From an uncultured Chloroflexia bacterium (GTDB lineage: Bacteria; Chloroflexota; Chloroflexia; QHBQ01; JADMIH01): a stretch of 64,000 bases of DNA. Positions 30,949-40,550 of this stretch are shown here, piece after piece (the first letter of the stretch is position 1; each line of letters starts with the position of its first letter). Made by a program: the position numbers and the translations under genes. The DNA is taken from the NCBI GenBank assembly GCA_963797095.1, contig CAWCNY010000001.1, positions 384,001 to 448,000 on the forward strand, written 5' to 3'. The notes beneath the pieces were generated by a model. It saw only the letters and a program-made list of their open reading frames with translations, was not told the DNA's origin and made no database searches.

Positions 30949-31944
30949 GGTAGTGTCAGAACTCAGGTCAGGCGATCTCAACTTTAGGGTTTTGAGTGTC
31001 TTGGCCATGGCTACGCCATACCACTGCTACACGCCTAGACTAACATCAGTTGCTTATGGAGGGCACCAAATCGCTGCCGAAACAGCTGGCGTTGTTCGGC
31101 CAAAGGCACCTTCTCCTTCGGCTTGCTGCGATACCGGAAGTAATCCCGCTGCTCGTCGAACGCCTGGCAGAACCTCCAGGCAGATTGAAACGAACTAAAA
31201 CCGCGCATCGGATAGTATCTCTGCTTGATACCCCGGTGATCCTGTTCCAGCCTGTTATTGAGATACCTATTGGTCCGGTGCTCTACCTTGCGGCCCAGTA
31301 TTCGGCGTATCGCACGCGGGTAGGCATCATGTCCGTCGGTGGTTACCCGAGTTGGCTTGTGGCCGACTACCTCCCTGGCCTGCCTAAACAAGCGTTTAGC
31401 CGCCTCCATATCCCGGTGCTCAGATAGCATGGAGTCCACCAGGTTGCCATCCCTATCTATGGCCCGATACAGGTAGCACCATTTACCACCGACTTTGACG
31501 TACGTTTCATCTGCGTACCACGACCGACCAGCCTTACCTTTACGCCTAGCACGCAAGCGATCGGTGATCAGTGGCGCGAAGCGCGCTTCCCAATCTCTCA
31601 CCGCCTCGTGAGTAAACTCAAAACCTCTCTCCAAGAACATCTCCGCAAGGTCTCGGAGGCTGAGCTTGTATCTCAGCCGCCAAAGGACAACGAGGAGCAC
31701 TATGTCGGTTGGGAACTGCAGATGATTGAAAACGGTACCGGTACGCTCGTTGAACTTGCGGCAGCACCGTGAGCAGCGAAAGGTGGAATAGCCCAGCGAT
31801 GTTTTGTGCGCCAATGGGGTAGTTGCGAGTGAGTAGCAATGGGGACAGTCCATGAGGAATCCTTATCGGCATCATTGTGTTACAGATGAGGATACTACAC
31901 GAACGACCCAATCGCCAACTCCAACCCTGATTTCTGACAGAACC
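30949..31944 (-). mobile_element. IS6-family element, apparently intact (996 bp; transposase 31035-31853)
   Basis: IRs GGTAGTGTCAGAA / GGTTCTGTCAGAA; DETY..YLYRAID..TTDG..NNRLEQDHR DDE motifs; no TSD. Confidence 0.93.
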
Positions 31945-32016
31945 AGTGTGTGCGTCGGTGCCCATACGCTTGGCCAATCGCTCCGCGAACTCAGGCTTGC
32001 CTATCCTACTAACCAT
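31945..32016 (-). pseudogene. N-terminal stub of a probable HU/IHF-like DNA-binding protein, cut by IS6
   Basis: MVSRIGKPEFAERLAKRMGTD resembles HU helix 1; follows the PIN gene directly. Confidence 0.35.
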
Positions 32017-32018
32017 AC

Positions 32019-32513
32019 TCAACTGACCAACTCATCTAGGGAAGCCTGGTCGTCTTTCTCAGGGTTCCACACAACTAGACCGCTTGCCTTAGCCGCAGTT
32101 GCCATTCGATTGTCCGATGTCACTAACGCCAAATCGTCCCCGCCTTTCCGAAACGACTGGCTCAACTGCAAAGCGCAACTCAAGATGATGGCGTCTGTGG
32201 CATTGAGCGAGTACTGCTCAATGAGAGGCAAAGATGCCAGCACCAAATCATCTGACACCGATTGGAGTGGGATCCCCGTGTTGCTAACCACTTCATTGTG
32301 AAATTCCACGATTGCCTGCCGGTAAACGGCATCAGAAATCTGTCCGGCGTTTCTCCGGCGCACAAGGATGGATATTACTTCTCCAAGAGCGAGCACCAGT
32401 GCGGTCATGCGCTCCTTTGAAACACTTTGGAATAAGTGGTTGACTAACGGTGTTCCGATCTCAGGAACGTATCGCTTGCCCAATGCACTGGCGTCAAGGA
32501 AGAAATAATTCAC
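32019..32513 (-). CDS. vapC: PIN-domain (VapC) toxin
   Basis: FFLDASALGKRYVPEIGT..E..LNATDAI..LVTSD. Confidence 0.88.
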   Translation of the reverse strand: MNYFFLDASALGKRYVPEIGTPLVNHLFQSVSKERMTALVLALGEVISILVRRRNAGQISDAVYRQAIVEFHNEVVSNTGIPLQSVSDDLVLASLPLIEQYSLNATDAIILSCALQLSQSFRKGGDDLALVTSDNRMATAAKASGLVVWNPEKDDQASLDELVS

Positions 32514-32546
32514 TCGTTGCTACCCTCTACTCCTCACTGCCCTTTA

Positions 32547-32912
32547 CTACTCTTCCCGCATAGCAATTATGCCACTGCTCAACAGGTTCTCTTCCGGACG
32601 CACACCCTCTCCCAGCATCATCGTTTGTAGCTTCTCAGCGCCAATCGGCTGAACGGTTATGCCTACTCGCGCAAACCACTCATCGAACCACTCTCCCCAG
32701 TGTGCCTTGTTTACCTGTTGATCTGGTCTGGCAGTTCCAGCAGTTCCAGCAGTTCCAGCGGTCCTCCAATCTTGTAGAGTTGCATTATTCGTGTTGGAGC
32801 TGGTGTTTGTACCGGTAAGTTTGTCCAAGACCAGATGCACCTCACTCAATTCCCGCTCAATCCGTTCGATCTTCTCCTGTAGATCATGCAAATCTTTCCT
32901 AATAGCTGACAT
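32547..32912 (-). CDS. Putative antitoxin (coiled-coil N-terminus; internal 9-nt repeat encoding TAG x3)
   Basis: Directly upstream of PIN gene on the same strand; GGAGG RBS. Confidence 0.65.
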   Translation of the reverse strand: MSAIRKDLHDLQEKIERIERELSEVHLVLDKLTGTNTSSNTNNATLQDWRTAGTAGTAGTARPDQQVNKAHWGEWFDEWFARVGITVQPIGAEKLQTMMLGEGVRPEENLLSSGIIAMREE

Positions 32913-33123
32913 GATATTACGCCTCCCAAGTGAAACGTCTGAGTGTTATGTTGTCATATTTGTTATACTCCAAGCTCTTTACTCTGTCCAAGTGCTAAAC
33001 ACGTAAGCGGCAAGCGGCCAGGTCTGAGTCTCTAAGTCTGAGTGCCAAAAAGGTCCCGATTTGGGCCATTGGACTGATCTACTCGCCTGCGTATGTGGGA
33101 GGCTGTGAAGTTGCGGATTCATT

Positions 33124-35003
33124 GGGATCTCCCGCGCTTTTGGTGAAGCAGCATGGCGGACCTCAAACATTGTAGAATCTAGTGAGCAGCCTTCCAATTT
33201 AATCCCCACTAACCCTCTGCTGCTCCTAGAAGACTATGCCGTGCTTGCTCAATTCTTATTGCCAGCGCCAGAAACCCTCGATTTGCGGGCCGTCCTTGCT
33301 GATGCCACTGGCCTCACCCTCGTGGTGGCTACAACTGCCCCCCACGTATCTTGTCCTACTTGCGAGGAACCGACCGCTCGGTGCCATAGCCGCTATCAGC
33401 GCATGCTTGCTGATGTTCCCTGGGCCAGCCTTGCCGTCCGTCTGCACCTGCAGACCCGCCGTTTCTTCTGTTCCAATCCCCTCTGTCCACGCCGTATCTT
33501 CACTGAACGCTTTCCAGCGCTTGCTGCCCCTTCCGCCCGACGTACCGCTCGCCTGACCACCCTGTTACACAGCGTGGGTCAGGCACTTGGTGGCGAACCT
33601 GGTGCTCGCCTCAGCCAACAGTTGAGCCTGCTTACTAGTCCAACCACCCTGCTACGTCTGGTACGCCAAACATCCGACCCGCACACCAGTGCACCCAGTA
33701 TCATAGGCATCGATGATTTCGCCTTTCGCAAGGGCCGTACATACGGCACCATCCTGGTCGATCATGAGCGCGGTCAGATTATTGACCTCCTGCCGGATCG
33801 CACTACGGAGAGTGTCGCCGCTTGGCTGCGTGCTCATCCCAGCGTCAACATCATTACCCGCGACCGCGCCGAGGCTTATGCCCAAGGAGCCGCACAGGGC
33901 GCCCCGCAGGCCACTCAGGTTGCCGACCGCTAGCACCTGCTGTGCAACCTCAGCGAGACCTTGGATGAAGTGCTCACCCGGCTCTACCCCGAATTGTGCC
34001 GGGCACTGACCGATAGCCCCGATGGCCCCGCGGCAACCTCAGACCTTACAGCCTCCCATACCACCAAGGTCTCAACCCAGCAACTCAGCGATCCTCCTGA
34101 GCAGGGAACCGCAGGGGCAACGCCTACCGCGCCGCTCAAGGATCACAACGGTCAAGCCGGCCTCAACTCGACAGGCCGAGTTAGTGCTCGTGTTCTCCAG
34201 TTGCAGCAACAGCGGCGGGAAGAACGCTTGGCTCGCTACGAGCAAGTCCACAGCCTCCGTCAGGCTGGCCAATCGATCCACCAGATTGCCTCTACCCTGG
34301 ACATGGGTGAGCGAACGGTGAACAGGTTCCTACGCGCAGCGGCCTTTCCCGAACGAAAACACCGGAGGCCTTCGGCACGTGAACTCGACATGTACAAGGA
34401 TTATCTGCGCCAACGCTGGGCGGGGGGCTGTCGAAATCGGGCGCGGCTATGGCGGGAGATAGAGGAGCTTGGATACAAGGGTGGTTCCTCCAGTGTATAT
34501 GCGTGGCTGTGTCAGTTGCATGGGTTGAAGCGCGATGAGCAGCGAGGCGGGGTCGATAGTCAACGGCGGCGGACGGTCAGCCTGCGGAAATGGAAGGTGC
34601 GTTTCGGGCAGCCAGCCGAGAAGTTGACGGTCGAGGAAGCGCAAGAGGTGGCACAAGTCTGTGCTGACAGCGCCGAACTGGGCAAAGTTTACAAACTGGC
34701 GCAGGAATTTGGGGCGATAGTGCGCGAGCACAAGCGGGTGGAGTTTGATGGTTGGCTCCAACAAGCACTGGACAGTGGAGTGGAGGAGATGGTACGGTTT
34801 GCCCGTGGATTGCAGGGGGACTATGCAGCGGTAGCCGCAGCAATCGAACTGGCTTTTAGCAATGGACCGACTGAAGGCCACGTCAACCGCCTGAAAGCCG
34901 TCAAACGGACCATGTTTGGGCGGGCTAAGTTCGACTTACTACGCAAGAGGGTGCTCTGTGCCAGTTGACAGCCAGCCCCTTCACCAAAAGCGCGGGAGAT
35001 CCC
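33124..35003 (+). mobile_element. ISL3-family element with nonsense-interrupted transposase (33241-34968, TAG at 33931)
   Basis: Perfect 25-bp IR GGGATCTCCCGCGCTTTTGGTGAAG; CPTC zinc finger, GIDDFA, TRDR, VADR*HL (expected W), SNGPTEG..NRLK. Confidence 0.93.
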
Positions 35004-35039
35004 ACTTAATTTCCAACTTTACAGGTTTTGAATGGCCTC

Positions 35040-35312
35040 CAACTACGGGGAGCGGTATCGCAATGGAGAGCGGATCAGCACCAGTTTCGCTGAATTGACT
35101 ATTAACCAGGTGATCAGTAAGCGGATGGCCAAGAAACAGCTGATGCAATGGACGCCAGAAGGAGCGCACCTACTGCTGCAAGTGCGGACTGCGGTAATCA
35201 ATGAAGATTGGGAAGACATATTCCGGACCTGGTATCCCCAGTTTCGGCTCGTGGCGTCAGACGAAGAGAACCGTGAAGCAGCCTGATGCCCCCGACTTTT
35301 CACTGCTCTCCC
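35040..35312 (+). pseudogene. ISKra4-family transposase C-terminal remnant with element end
   Basis: NYGERYRNGERISTSFAE.TINQVISKRMAKKQ.MQWTPEGAHLLLQVR; ends GCCCCCGACTTTTCACTGCTCTCCC. Confidence 0.8.
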
Positions 35313-35389
35313 TTATTGTAGCTGCGATAAGGATACCGGATAGATTACCTGAGCGCCAACTCTTGGTCCTGAGTTCTGCCGCTTCCCGT

Positions 35390-35581
35390 CAGTGCCGAGC
35401 TGCTCAAAACGGCTGAGCCACTTGCGGAGGGTAGGTCTGGAGATTCCGCACCGGCGGCAAACCAGACCAGCATCGCCCGTTCTTTGGAAGAGTCTTATCC
35501 ACCTCAATCTCTGCCTGATCTCGTCGTCCATGCGGCGATTGTATCATCAACCAATTGCAACCATGTCCCCGAACTTGAACA
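35390..35581 (-). pseudogene. IS481-family left end and HTH fragment
   Basis: End TGTTCAAGTTCGGGGACATGGTT at 35581; MDDEIRQRLRWI..GLVCRRCGISRPTLRKW. Confidence 0.75.
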
Positions 35582-35927
35582 CTTCTCGCATTGGGGACGA
35601 TTCTGTCCCGGGTACCCAGGATAGACGAGCCGCGATCCAAGAGTTGGCGACCGACGCCTTTGGGACCAGTGCCGATAACATCCAGATATTCGAAGGGCTA
35701 TTTCTGAGAAGCGAGCGGGTGTATCTCGCTTTAGTTCAAAAGCGTGACTCAGGAGATGTCTACGTAATCGGAACAGGTTTCGACCCTTACCATGTCCAGT
35801 TCCCCGAAGGATCGCGCTGGCGACAACTATCGCGGGCTGTCGGCCATTTGCTTCGGGCCGGAATGCTGAAAACTCCTGCGGAGAAGTGAGCCGACGCGGC
35901 CCTAGCTCTTACTGACAAGATCGCAGT

Positions 35928-36263
35928 ATGCCTCTGACAAAGATAACAGCTAGCTTTCTATACCTGATCTACATAGGCTCCAGTGGGTGGTGCCTGTTGG
36001 CAATATTGGAGCTTGTAGTTCGTATGGGTCATGGTTCTGGTATGTATTCCGATTACGGGAAAAATACTGGTGAGGTAGTTCTTGCTTTTGGATTTCTGGC
36101 CACACTCTTGTTATGGCTGGTAATTGGCACTGTTGTTGGTATCAAAGTGCTGCGTGGACAATTGAGTTCTGAGATGGCTCGGAACTGCAACACTTGGTGC
36201 TGTACTCATCATACTACCACCGACACTAGTATACCTCTTAGGCGTTGGGCACTCTTGAGGTAG
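35928..36263 (+). CDS. Small hypothetical membrane protein (two TM segments)
   Basis: Two hydrophobic stretches; no recognisable motif. Confidence 0.4.
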   Translation: MPLTKITASFLYLIYIGSSGWCLLAILELVVRMGHGSGMYSDYGKNTGEVVLAFGFLATLLLWLVIGTVVGIKVLRGQLSSEMARNCNTWCCTHHTTTDTSIPLRRWALLR

Positions 36264-36301
36264 CTACCTCGGCGCAGTGACGCAACTTCGGAGTAAAAAG
36301 C

Positions 36302-36769
36302 GTGGCAACTCTTCACCTAATGGTTGGACTTCCTTGCTCAGGGAAAACAACGCTTGCCAAGAAGCTTGAACAGGAACGCTCGGCACTCAGATTGACACCC
36401 GATGAGTGGCAGCTTGGTCTCTTTGGGCAAGATGCACAAGAGCCGGAACATGACGCCAGACATAGCTTTATCGAGGCCATGCTTTGGAATATCGCGAGCA
36501 GGGCGTTGGAATTGGGAGCGAACGTCATCCTCGATTTTGGCTTCTGGGCACGAGAAGAACGCGAAGATTTCCGGCAGCGGGCGAAACGAGTGGGAGCCAG
36601 CAGTGAGGTACATTTTCTTGATGTGCCAGCAGAGGAGCTACTGAGGCGGCTTGCTGTCAGGAACTCGCAACCCTCACAGGAGAGCTTCCACATTTCCGGA
36701 GAAAGCATGAAGCTTTGGATAGCGTTTTTCCAGAAGCCGACACCTGAAGAACTTGAACGGAGAGTATAA
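36302..36769 (+). CDS. P-loop AAA_33-type predicted kinase
   Basis: GLPCSGKTT, LTPDEW, VILDFGFWAREER, ELLRRLAVRN. Confidence 0.88.
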   Translation: MATLHLMVGLPCSGKTTLAKKLEQERSALRLTPDEWQLGLFGQDAQEPEHDARHSFIEAMLWNIASRALELGANVILDFGFWAREEREDFRQRAKRVGASSEVHFLDVPAEELLRRLAVRNSQPSQESFHISGESMKLWIAFFQKPTPEELERRV

Positions 36770-36772
36770 CCC

Positions 36773-37243
36773 ATGTTCAAACGGAAAGAAGCATCCAAAC
36801 CGAACCCAGCCCTTGAACCCTTCCATGTATTGATTGGAAGCTGGAGTACGACCGGAACACACGGTCAAGACCCAGGTACTATTCTCCATGGGCATACCTC
36901 GTTCGAATGGCTGGAGAACGGAGCATTTTTGCTGATGCGCTCGGAGATTGACGATCCGCGCTTTCCGAGCGCCGTCGCGATTATTGGCAGCGACGCTGCT
37001 AGAGACGATGCTGAAGGCGAATACTATATGCTCACCTTTGATGAGCGCGGTGTCTCAAGAAAGTATGAAGTTAGCCTGCGCGACAATATCTGGAAATGGT
37101 GGAGAGACGCGCCAGGTTTCCTCCAACGCTATGAGGGTATCATTGAAGACGGCGGTAATACTATAATCAGCAAAGGAGAGTTGTCGAAAGACGGCCTATC
37201 CTGGGAGCAGGATCTCAACTTGACGTACAAGCGGGTTGAGTGA
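36773..37243 (+). CDS. Conserved hypothetical beta-barrel protein (DUF1579-like)
   Basis: LIGSW..SFEWLENGAFL..FDERGVSR..WEQDLNLTYKR; stop codon supplied by the adjacent element. Confidence 0.7.
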   Translation: MFKRKEASKPNPALEPFHVLIGSWSTTGTHGQDPGTILHGHTSFEWLENGAFLLMRSEIDDPRFPSAVAIIGSDAARDDAEGEYYMLTFDERGVSRKYEVSLRDNIWKWWRDAPGFLQRYEGIIEDGGNTIISKGELSKDGLSWEQDLNLTYKRVE

Positions 37244-37460
37244 TGACTCCACGTCGGCTAAAGCCGAGCAGCTTCTACGGACTTTCACCGATGCATACTC
37301 ATCCATATGCAACTAAGGTTTGCACTATAGGAGACACCTGAGATGCTTTTACATGACGCAAGGATTTCTACGTCACAACCCGCTAACATCTTGCATTATC
37401 AAAGTGCGGACTACTACCCGAAGGCAATAGTGGCGTGTAGCATTGGTTAGCTGCCACGCT
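37240..37460 (-). ncRNA. Predicted ~220-nt structured RNA (TnpB omegaRNA-like scaffold) reading out through the right end
   Basis: Extended -10 TGgTATAAT (37467-37475); hairpins CTATTGCC-TTCG-GGTAGTAG, TGACGTAG..CTTGCGTCA, TGCAA..TTGCA; no sizeable ORF on this strand. Confidence 0.6.
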
Positions 37461-37552
37461 ACCCACATTATACCACAAAAGGAGAGACTATGAACGACCT
37501 TTTGTCCGCCTCACCGCAGCCCATAAATGGGCGTGGCTTTAGCAAAACCTCG
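37240..37552 (-). mobile_element. Non-autonomous IS200/IS605-family element (PATE-like) carrying an omegaRNA-like ncRNA
   Basis: Minus strand: TTAC|..AAAG + hairpin GCCCATTTATGGGC (left end); GAAG + hairpin + TCAC (right end), 31/40 identical to the right end at 41651-41690. Confidence 0.82.
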
Positions 37553-37611
37553 GTAAGCAGCAATGAAGTGCGCGTAGGACCGGAGCGCACAACGTAAAGT
37601 AGAGCAACTCG

Positions 37612-38079
37612 ATGACAGACACGTTCGAGACCAAGTTACGTGCAGCACTTGGGAATAGTGGCTCAAGCAGCAGGAACCTTTCGGCCTTCGCGCTAGACAT
37701 CGAGCACTTTATGGAGAAAACGGGACTGTTCTCGCGCATTCAGCTCAAGAAGACCGGAGAACCCAAGCGTGCGCTGCTCATGACCTGTCAGCTCTCCGAC
37801 CCAACCACCCTACCAGACCTGGTAATTGAGAAACTGGCGCAGGTTTGGAACGAAACTCCACTGGGTTGTGGCGGAGAGTACGATGCATACGAGTTCCAGC
37901 ACAGCGCTGAGGACATCCCCATGAGGTTTGTTATTGTAGCGGTCCACGAAGCCCTTGTCACTGGAGAGGTTTTTGTCGCGGGCTTTGCTGAGCGCGAGTT
38001 TGGACCTACGGTGGCCGAGCGCGACGAGGCAGGCACCTTCGACCGTTGGGTATTCGACAAATGTGCATGCACCACCTGA
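37612..38079 (+). CDS. Hypothetical protein
   Basis: 155-aa ORF co-oriented with neighbours; no motif recognised. Confidence 0.5.
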   Translation: MTDTFETKLRAALGNSGSSSRNLSAFALDIEHFMEKTGLFSRIQLKKTGEPKRALLMTCQLSDPTTLPDLVIEKLAQVWNETPLGCGGEYDAYEFQHSAEDIPMRFVIVAVHEALVTGEVFVAGFAEREFGPTVAERDEAGTFDRWVFDKCACTT

Positions 38080-38558
38080 TCCACATCGAGCAGCCAGACG
38101 CGCCCATCTTCAACTTCAGAGCAGCAGCTATAATCCTTGACGGAGAGTGGGTGCTTCTGCACAGGGCTGAGATCGACGATTTCTGGGCACCGCCTGGTGG
38201 GCGCGTGGAGTTGGGCGAGGCAGCAGCAGAGGCGCTCGCTCGTGAGATGCGCGAAGAGACCGGCCTGCAAGTACGTGTCGGGCGGCTCCTCTGGGTGGCA
38301 GAGAGCTTTTTCACGTTCGAGGCTCGTGCCCAGCATGGTATATGCTTCTACTTCCTCGTCCACCTGCCGGAAGGCTCTTCCATCCTGGACAAAGATAAGC
38401 CGTTCGCCGGACAAGAAGAAGAAGGACTGAAGCTGGAGTTCTGCTGGTTCCACCGGAGGGACGTTGCCGATCTCGATGTTCGGCCTGCCTTCCTGAGGGC
38501 TGCATTGCAGGAGCTACCTGATACACTTGTACATATCCTCGATGTTGAAAGAAGATAG
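38061..38558 (+). CDS. NUDIX hydrolase
   Basis: Nudix box GGRVELGEAAAEALAREMREETG. Confidence 0.92.
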   Translation: MCMHHLIHIEQPDAPIFNFRAAAIILDGEWVLLHRAEIDDFWAPPGGRVELGEAAAEALAREMREETGLQVRVGRLLWVAESFFTFEARAQHGICFYFLVHLPEGSSILDKDKPFAGQEEEGLKLEFCWFHRRDVADLDVRPAFLRAALQELPDTLVHILDVERR

Positions 38559-38618
38559 CATCTGACTTCTACCGGCTGCAGGCCAGACCGCCTGACCGCA
38601 GGCCTCACGACGCAACAG

Positions 38619-39641
38619 CTACCAGGCGAGGCTATCCAGATGGTTATGGCCCGAGAGCACGCGAGCAATTCGCTCCCGCGCCGCTGCGCGTACGTCAGGC
38701 GCAGGGTGGTGTGCGTAGAGCGCGAGCTCCCTCTGCATGTCATAGAAGAGCAACCGGTCGTGCAGACGCTCGCCCTCGAACAGTTCCGGATAGGCGCTCC
38801 GCAGCCATCCCGGGACCGCACTGAGAGTGGCCTCGTCGAGCCCTCGCTCGCCAGGTACAGGTGGGTACTCGCCCGCCTTCGCGCACCATCGCAGGATCGT
38901 GTCGAGTTCGACGTCCGCCGGCTGGGCCAACAACTCCGCGAAGTCGACAATGCCCGTGACGCGTCCTTCGTCGACGACCACGTTGGATCCGTGAACGTCG
39001 CCATGGACGAGCACGGGTTCGTCGCCAGCGAACAACGGTTGCCGTTGCTGGATCCAAGCAGTGACCTCCGAGAGGAGGCGTGCGTCGTGACCGGGTTGTC
39101 GCCGGGCGCTCTCGACCGAATGGAGCGCGGCATTCACCACGGGTGGGTGGAACGAGACCCGCGGCTTGCCGGTGAGCGCGTCGGCCAGCCAGGGTGGCAG
39201 CAGGTCCGCCGCGACCGGAACCCGGTGCAGCGCGCGCAGCGCAGTTCCGAGGCTCTCGATCATTGCTTGGCGTGTGGGCACGTCCGCCGCCGGCCACGCG
39301 TCGTGCAGACTTCGGCCGGGCAGACGTTCGCCGATGTACCACGGTCCGTCCGGGCCCTCGCCGTGGCCGAGGAGTTGGGCGTGTGGGACCTTGGTGCCGG
39401 CGAGCAGGTTGATCACGGTAGCCTCGTGCTGAAACGAGTCGCGAAACCGCACGTCGCTCAGTCGTACGACGATTTCGTCTCCTATCCACACGCGGTTAAC
39501 CCAACCGTGCTTCGCAACAAAGCGTCCGGTTGCTGGCAGACCAGCGGCCGCCAGCGTCCGACGTAGGGCCGGATCGTTGGCGGGCTCGTCGATGAACGAT
39601 ACTGACCGGCCGGTCACACCACGCATTCTCACACCACACAC
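38619..39641 (-). CDS. Aminoglycoside-phosphotransferase (APH)-family kinase
   Basis: LRALHRV, LVHGDVHGSNVVV..GIVDF Brenner motif; start uncertain. Confidence 0.85.
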   Translation of the reverse strand: MCGVRMRGVTGRSVSFIDEPANDPALRRTLAAAGLPATGRFVAKHGWVNRVWIGDEIVVRLSDVRFRDSFQHEATVINLLAGTKVPHAQLLGHGEGPDGPWYIGERLPGRSLHDAWPAADVPTRQAMIESLGTALRALHRVPVAADLLPPWLADALTGKPRVSFHPPVVNAALHSVESARRQPGHDARLLSEVTAWIQQRQPLFAGDEPVLVHGDVHGSNVVVDEGRVTGIVDFAELLAQPADVELDTILRWCAKAGEYPPVPGERGLDEATLSAVPGWLRSAYPELFEGERLHDRLLFYDMQRELALYAHHPAPDVRAAARERIARVLSGHNHLDSLAW

Positions 39642-39900
39642 GACCTAACCCGAATCCAAGCCACCTGCAGCCGTCGCCGGTAGAACCCGACGACCGCCTC
39701 CTCTGCTCAAGCGCCTACCCGGAGCGGCAGCTTGCCTGGCCCATCAGTCCGGATAACTTTTACTGTACCTGATGAGCACCCAAACGTCAACTTCCCTCTA
39801 TACGTACCTAGGGCTTACGCATCTAAATGAGAGGCAAACAGCCACGGCGCTCGCAGGCGGATTTGGTAAGATTGCGGTAGCCACATGCAAAGGAGCTATC

Positions 39901-40062
39901 ATGCAATCAAGTGATGACCAATGCGCGGCGCTTGAGCAAAGACTACGAGGTGAAGCCCGCCGTCAGGGAGAGTTGGATTCTGCTGACGATGTGTCATCTG
40001 ATGCTCCAGCGCCTCGGCCCAGCGAGCCACAAACGCCGCGCCCGCCAGCCTCGAGATTGTGA
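39901..40062 (+). CDS. Small hypothetical protein (53 aa)
   Basis: AAGGAG RBS before ATG 39901. Confidence 0.3.
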   Translation: MQSSDDQCAALEQRLRGEARRQGELDSADDVSSDAPAPRPSEPQTPRPPASRL

Positions 40063-40160
40063 CAAGGTTTCCTAACAGCCAATCATGGGCCTACGGCTCA
40101 CCACCAAGGATGAAAATGGGTGTATGCTTACAATCTACAGATTTGGTGCATACTTAGGGC

Positions 40161-40550
40161 ATGGAGTACCAACGAGACGAACACCAAGTCCACCTGATTG
40201 TGTACCACCTTATCTGGTGTCCTAAAAGGCGCAAAAAGGTGCTTGTCAAAGACGTTGCGAAGGACTGCAAGGCTCTCATTCAAGAAGTATGTGCCTCTCA
40301 GGACTGGCAGATATTGGAGCTTGCTATCATGCCGGACCACATTCACTTGTTTGTAAGGGCACGACCTACGGATAGTGCGGCTGATATAGTCGGCAGGATA
40401 AAGGGCAGAACGTCGCACGACCTTAGAGAGAAGTACCCGCACCTGCTGAAACTCCCTAGTCTGTGGACAAGGTCGTACTTTTCGAGCACAGCAGGCAATA
40501 TCTCGGCTGACACCATTCAGAGGTACATAGAGGAGGAGAAGGGTATTTAG
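40161..40550 (+). CDS. tnpA: IS200/IS605 Y1 HUH transposase TnpA
   Basis: YHLIWCPKRR, MPDHIHLFV (HUH), LWTRSYF, IQRYIE (catalytic Y). Confidence 0.95.
   Translation: MEYQRDEHQVHLIVYHLIWCPKRRKKVLVKDVAKDCKALIQEVCASQDWQILELAIMPDHIHLFVRARPTDSAADIVGRIKGRTSHDLREKYPHLLKLPSLWTRSYFSSTAGNISADTIQRYIEEEKGI

Noticed and set aside
33931-33933. Pyrrolysine/readthrough at the in-frame TAG of the ISL3 transposase
   Set aside because: Position is a conserved aromatic residue (TGG to TAG); a nonsense mutation is simpler
35392-35889. 165-aa ORF as an intact gene
   Set aside because: First third is antisense IS481 sequence; at most a C-terminal remnant from 35582
37240-37552. IStron (group I intron-IS hybrid) interpretation
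   Set aside because: Ends in TCAC, not a terminal G; no P7 core recognised; lies antisense to the host gene
35582-38558. Integron-like cassette array of small co-oriented genes
   Set aside because: No repeated attC-like sites (RYYYAAC..GTTRRRY) between genes and no integron integrase
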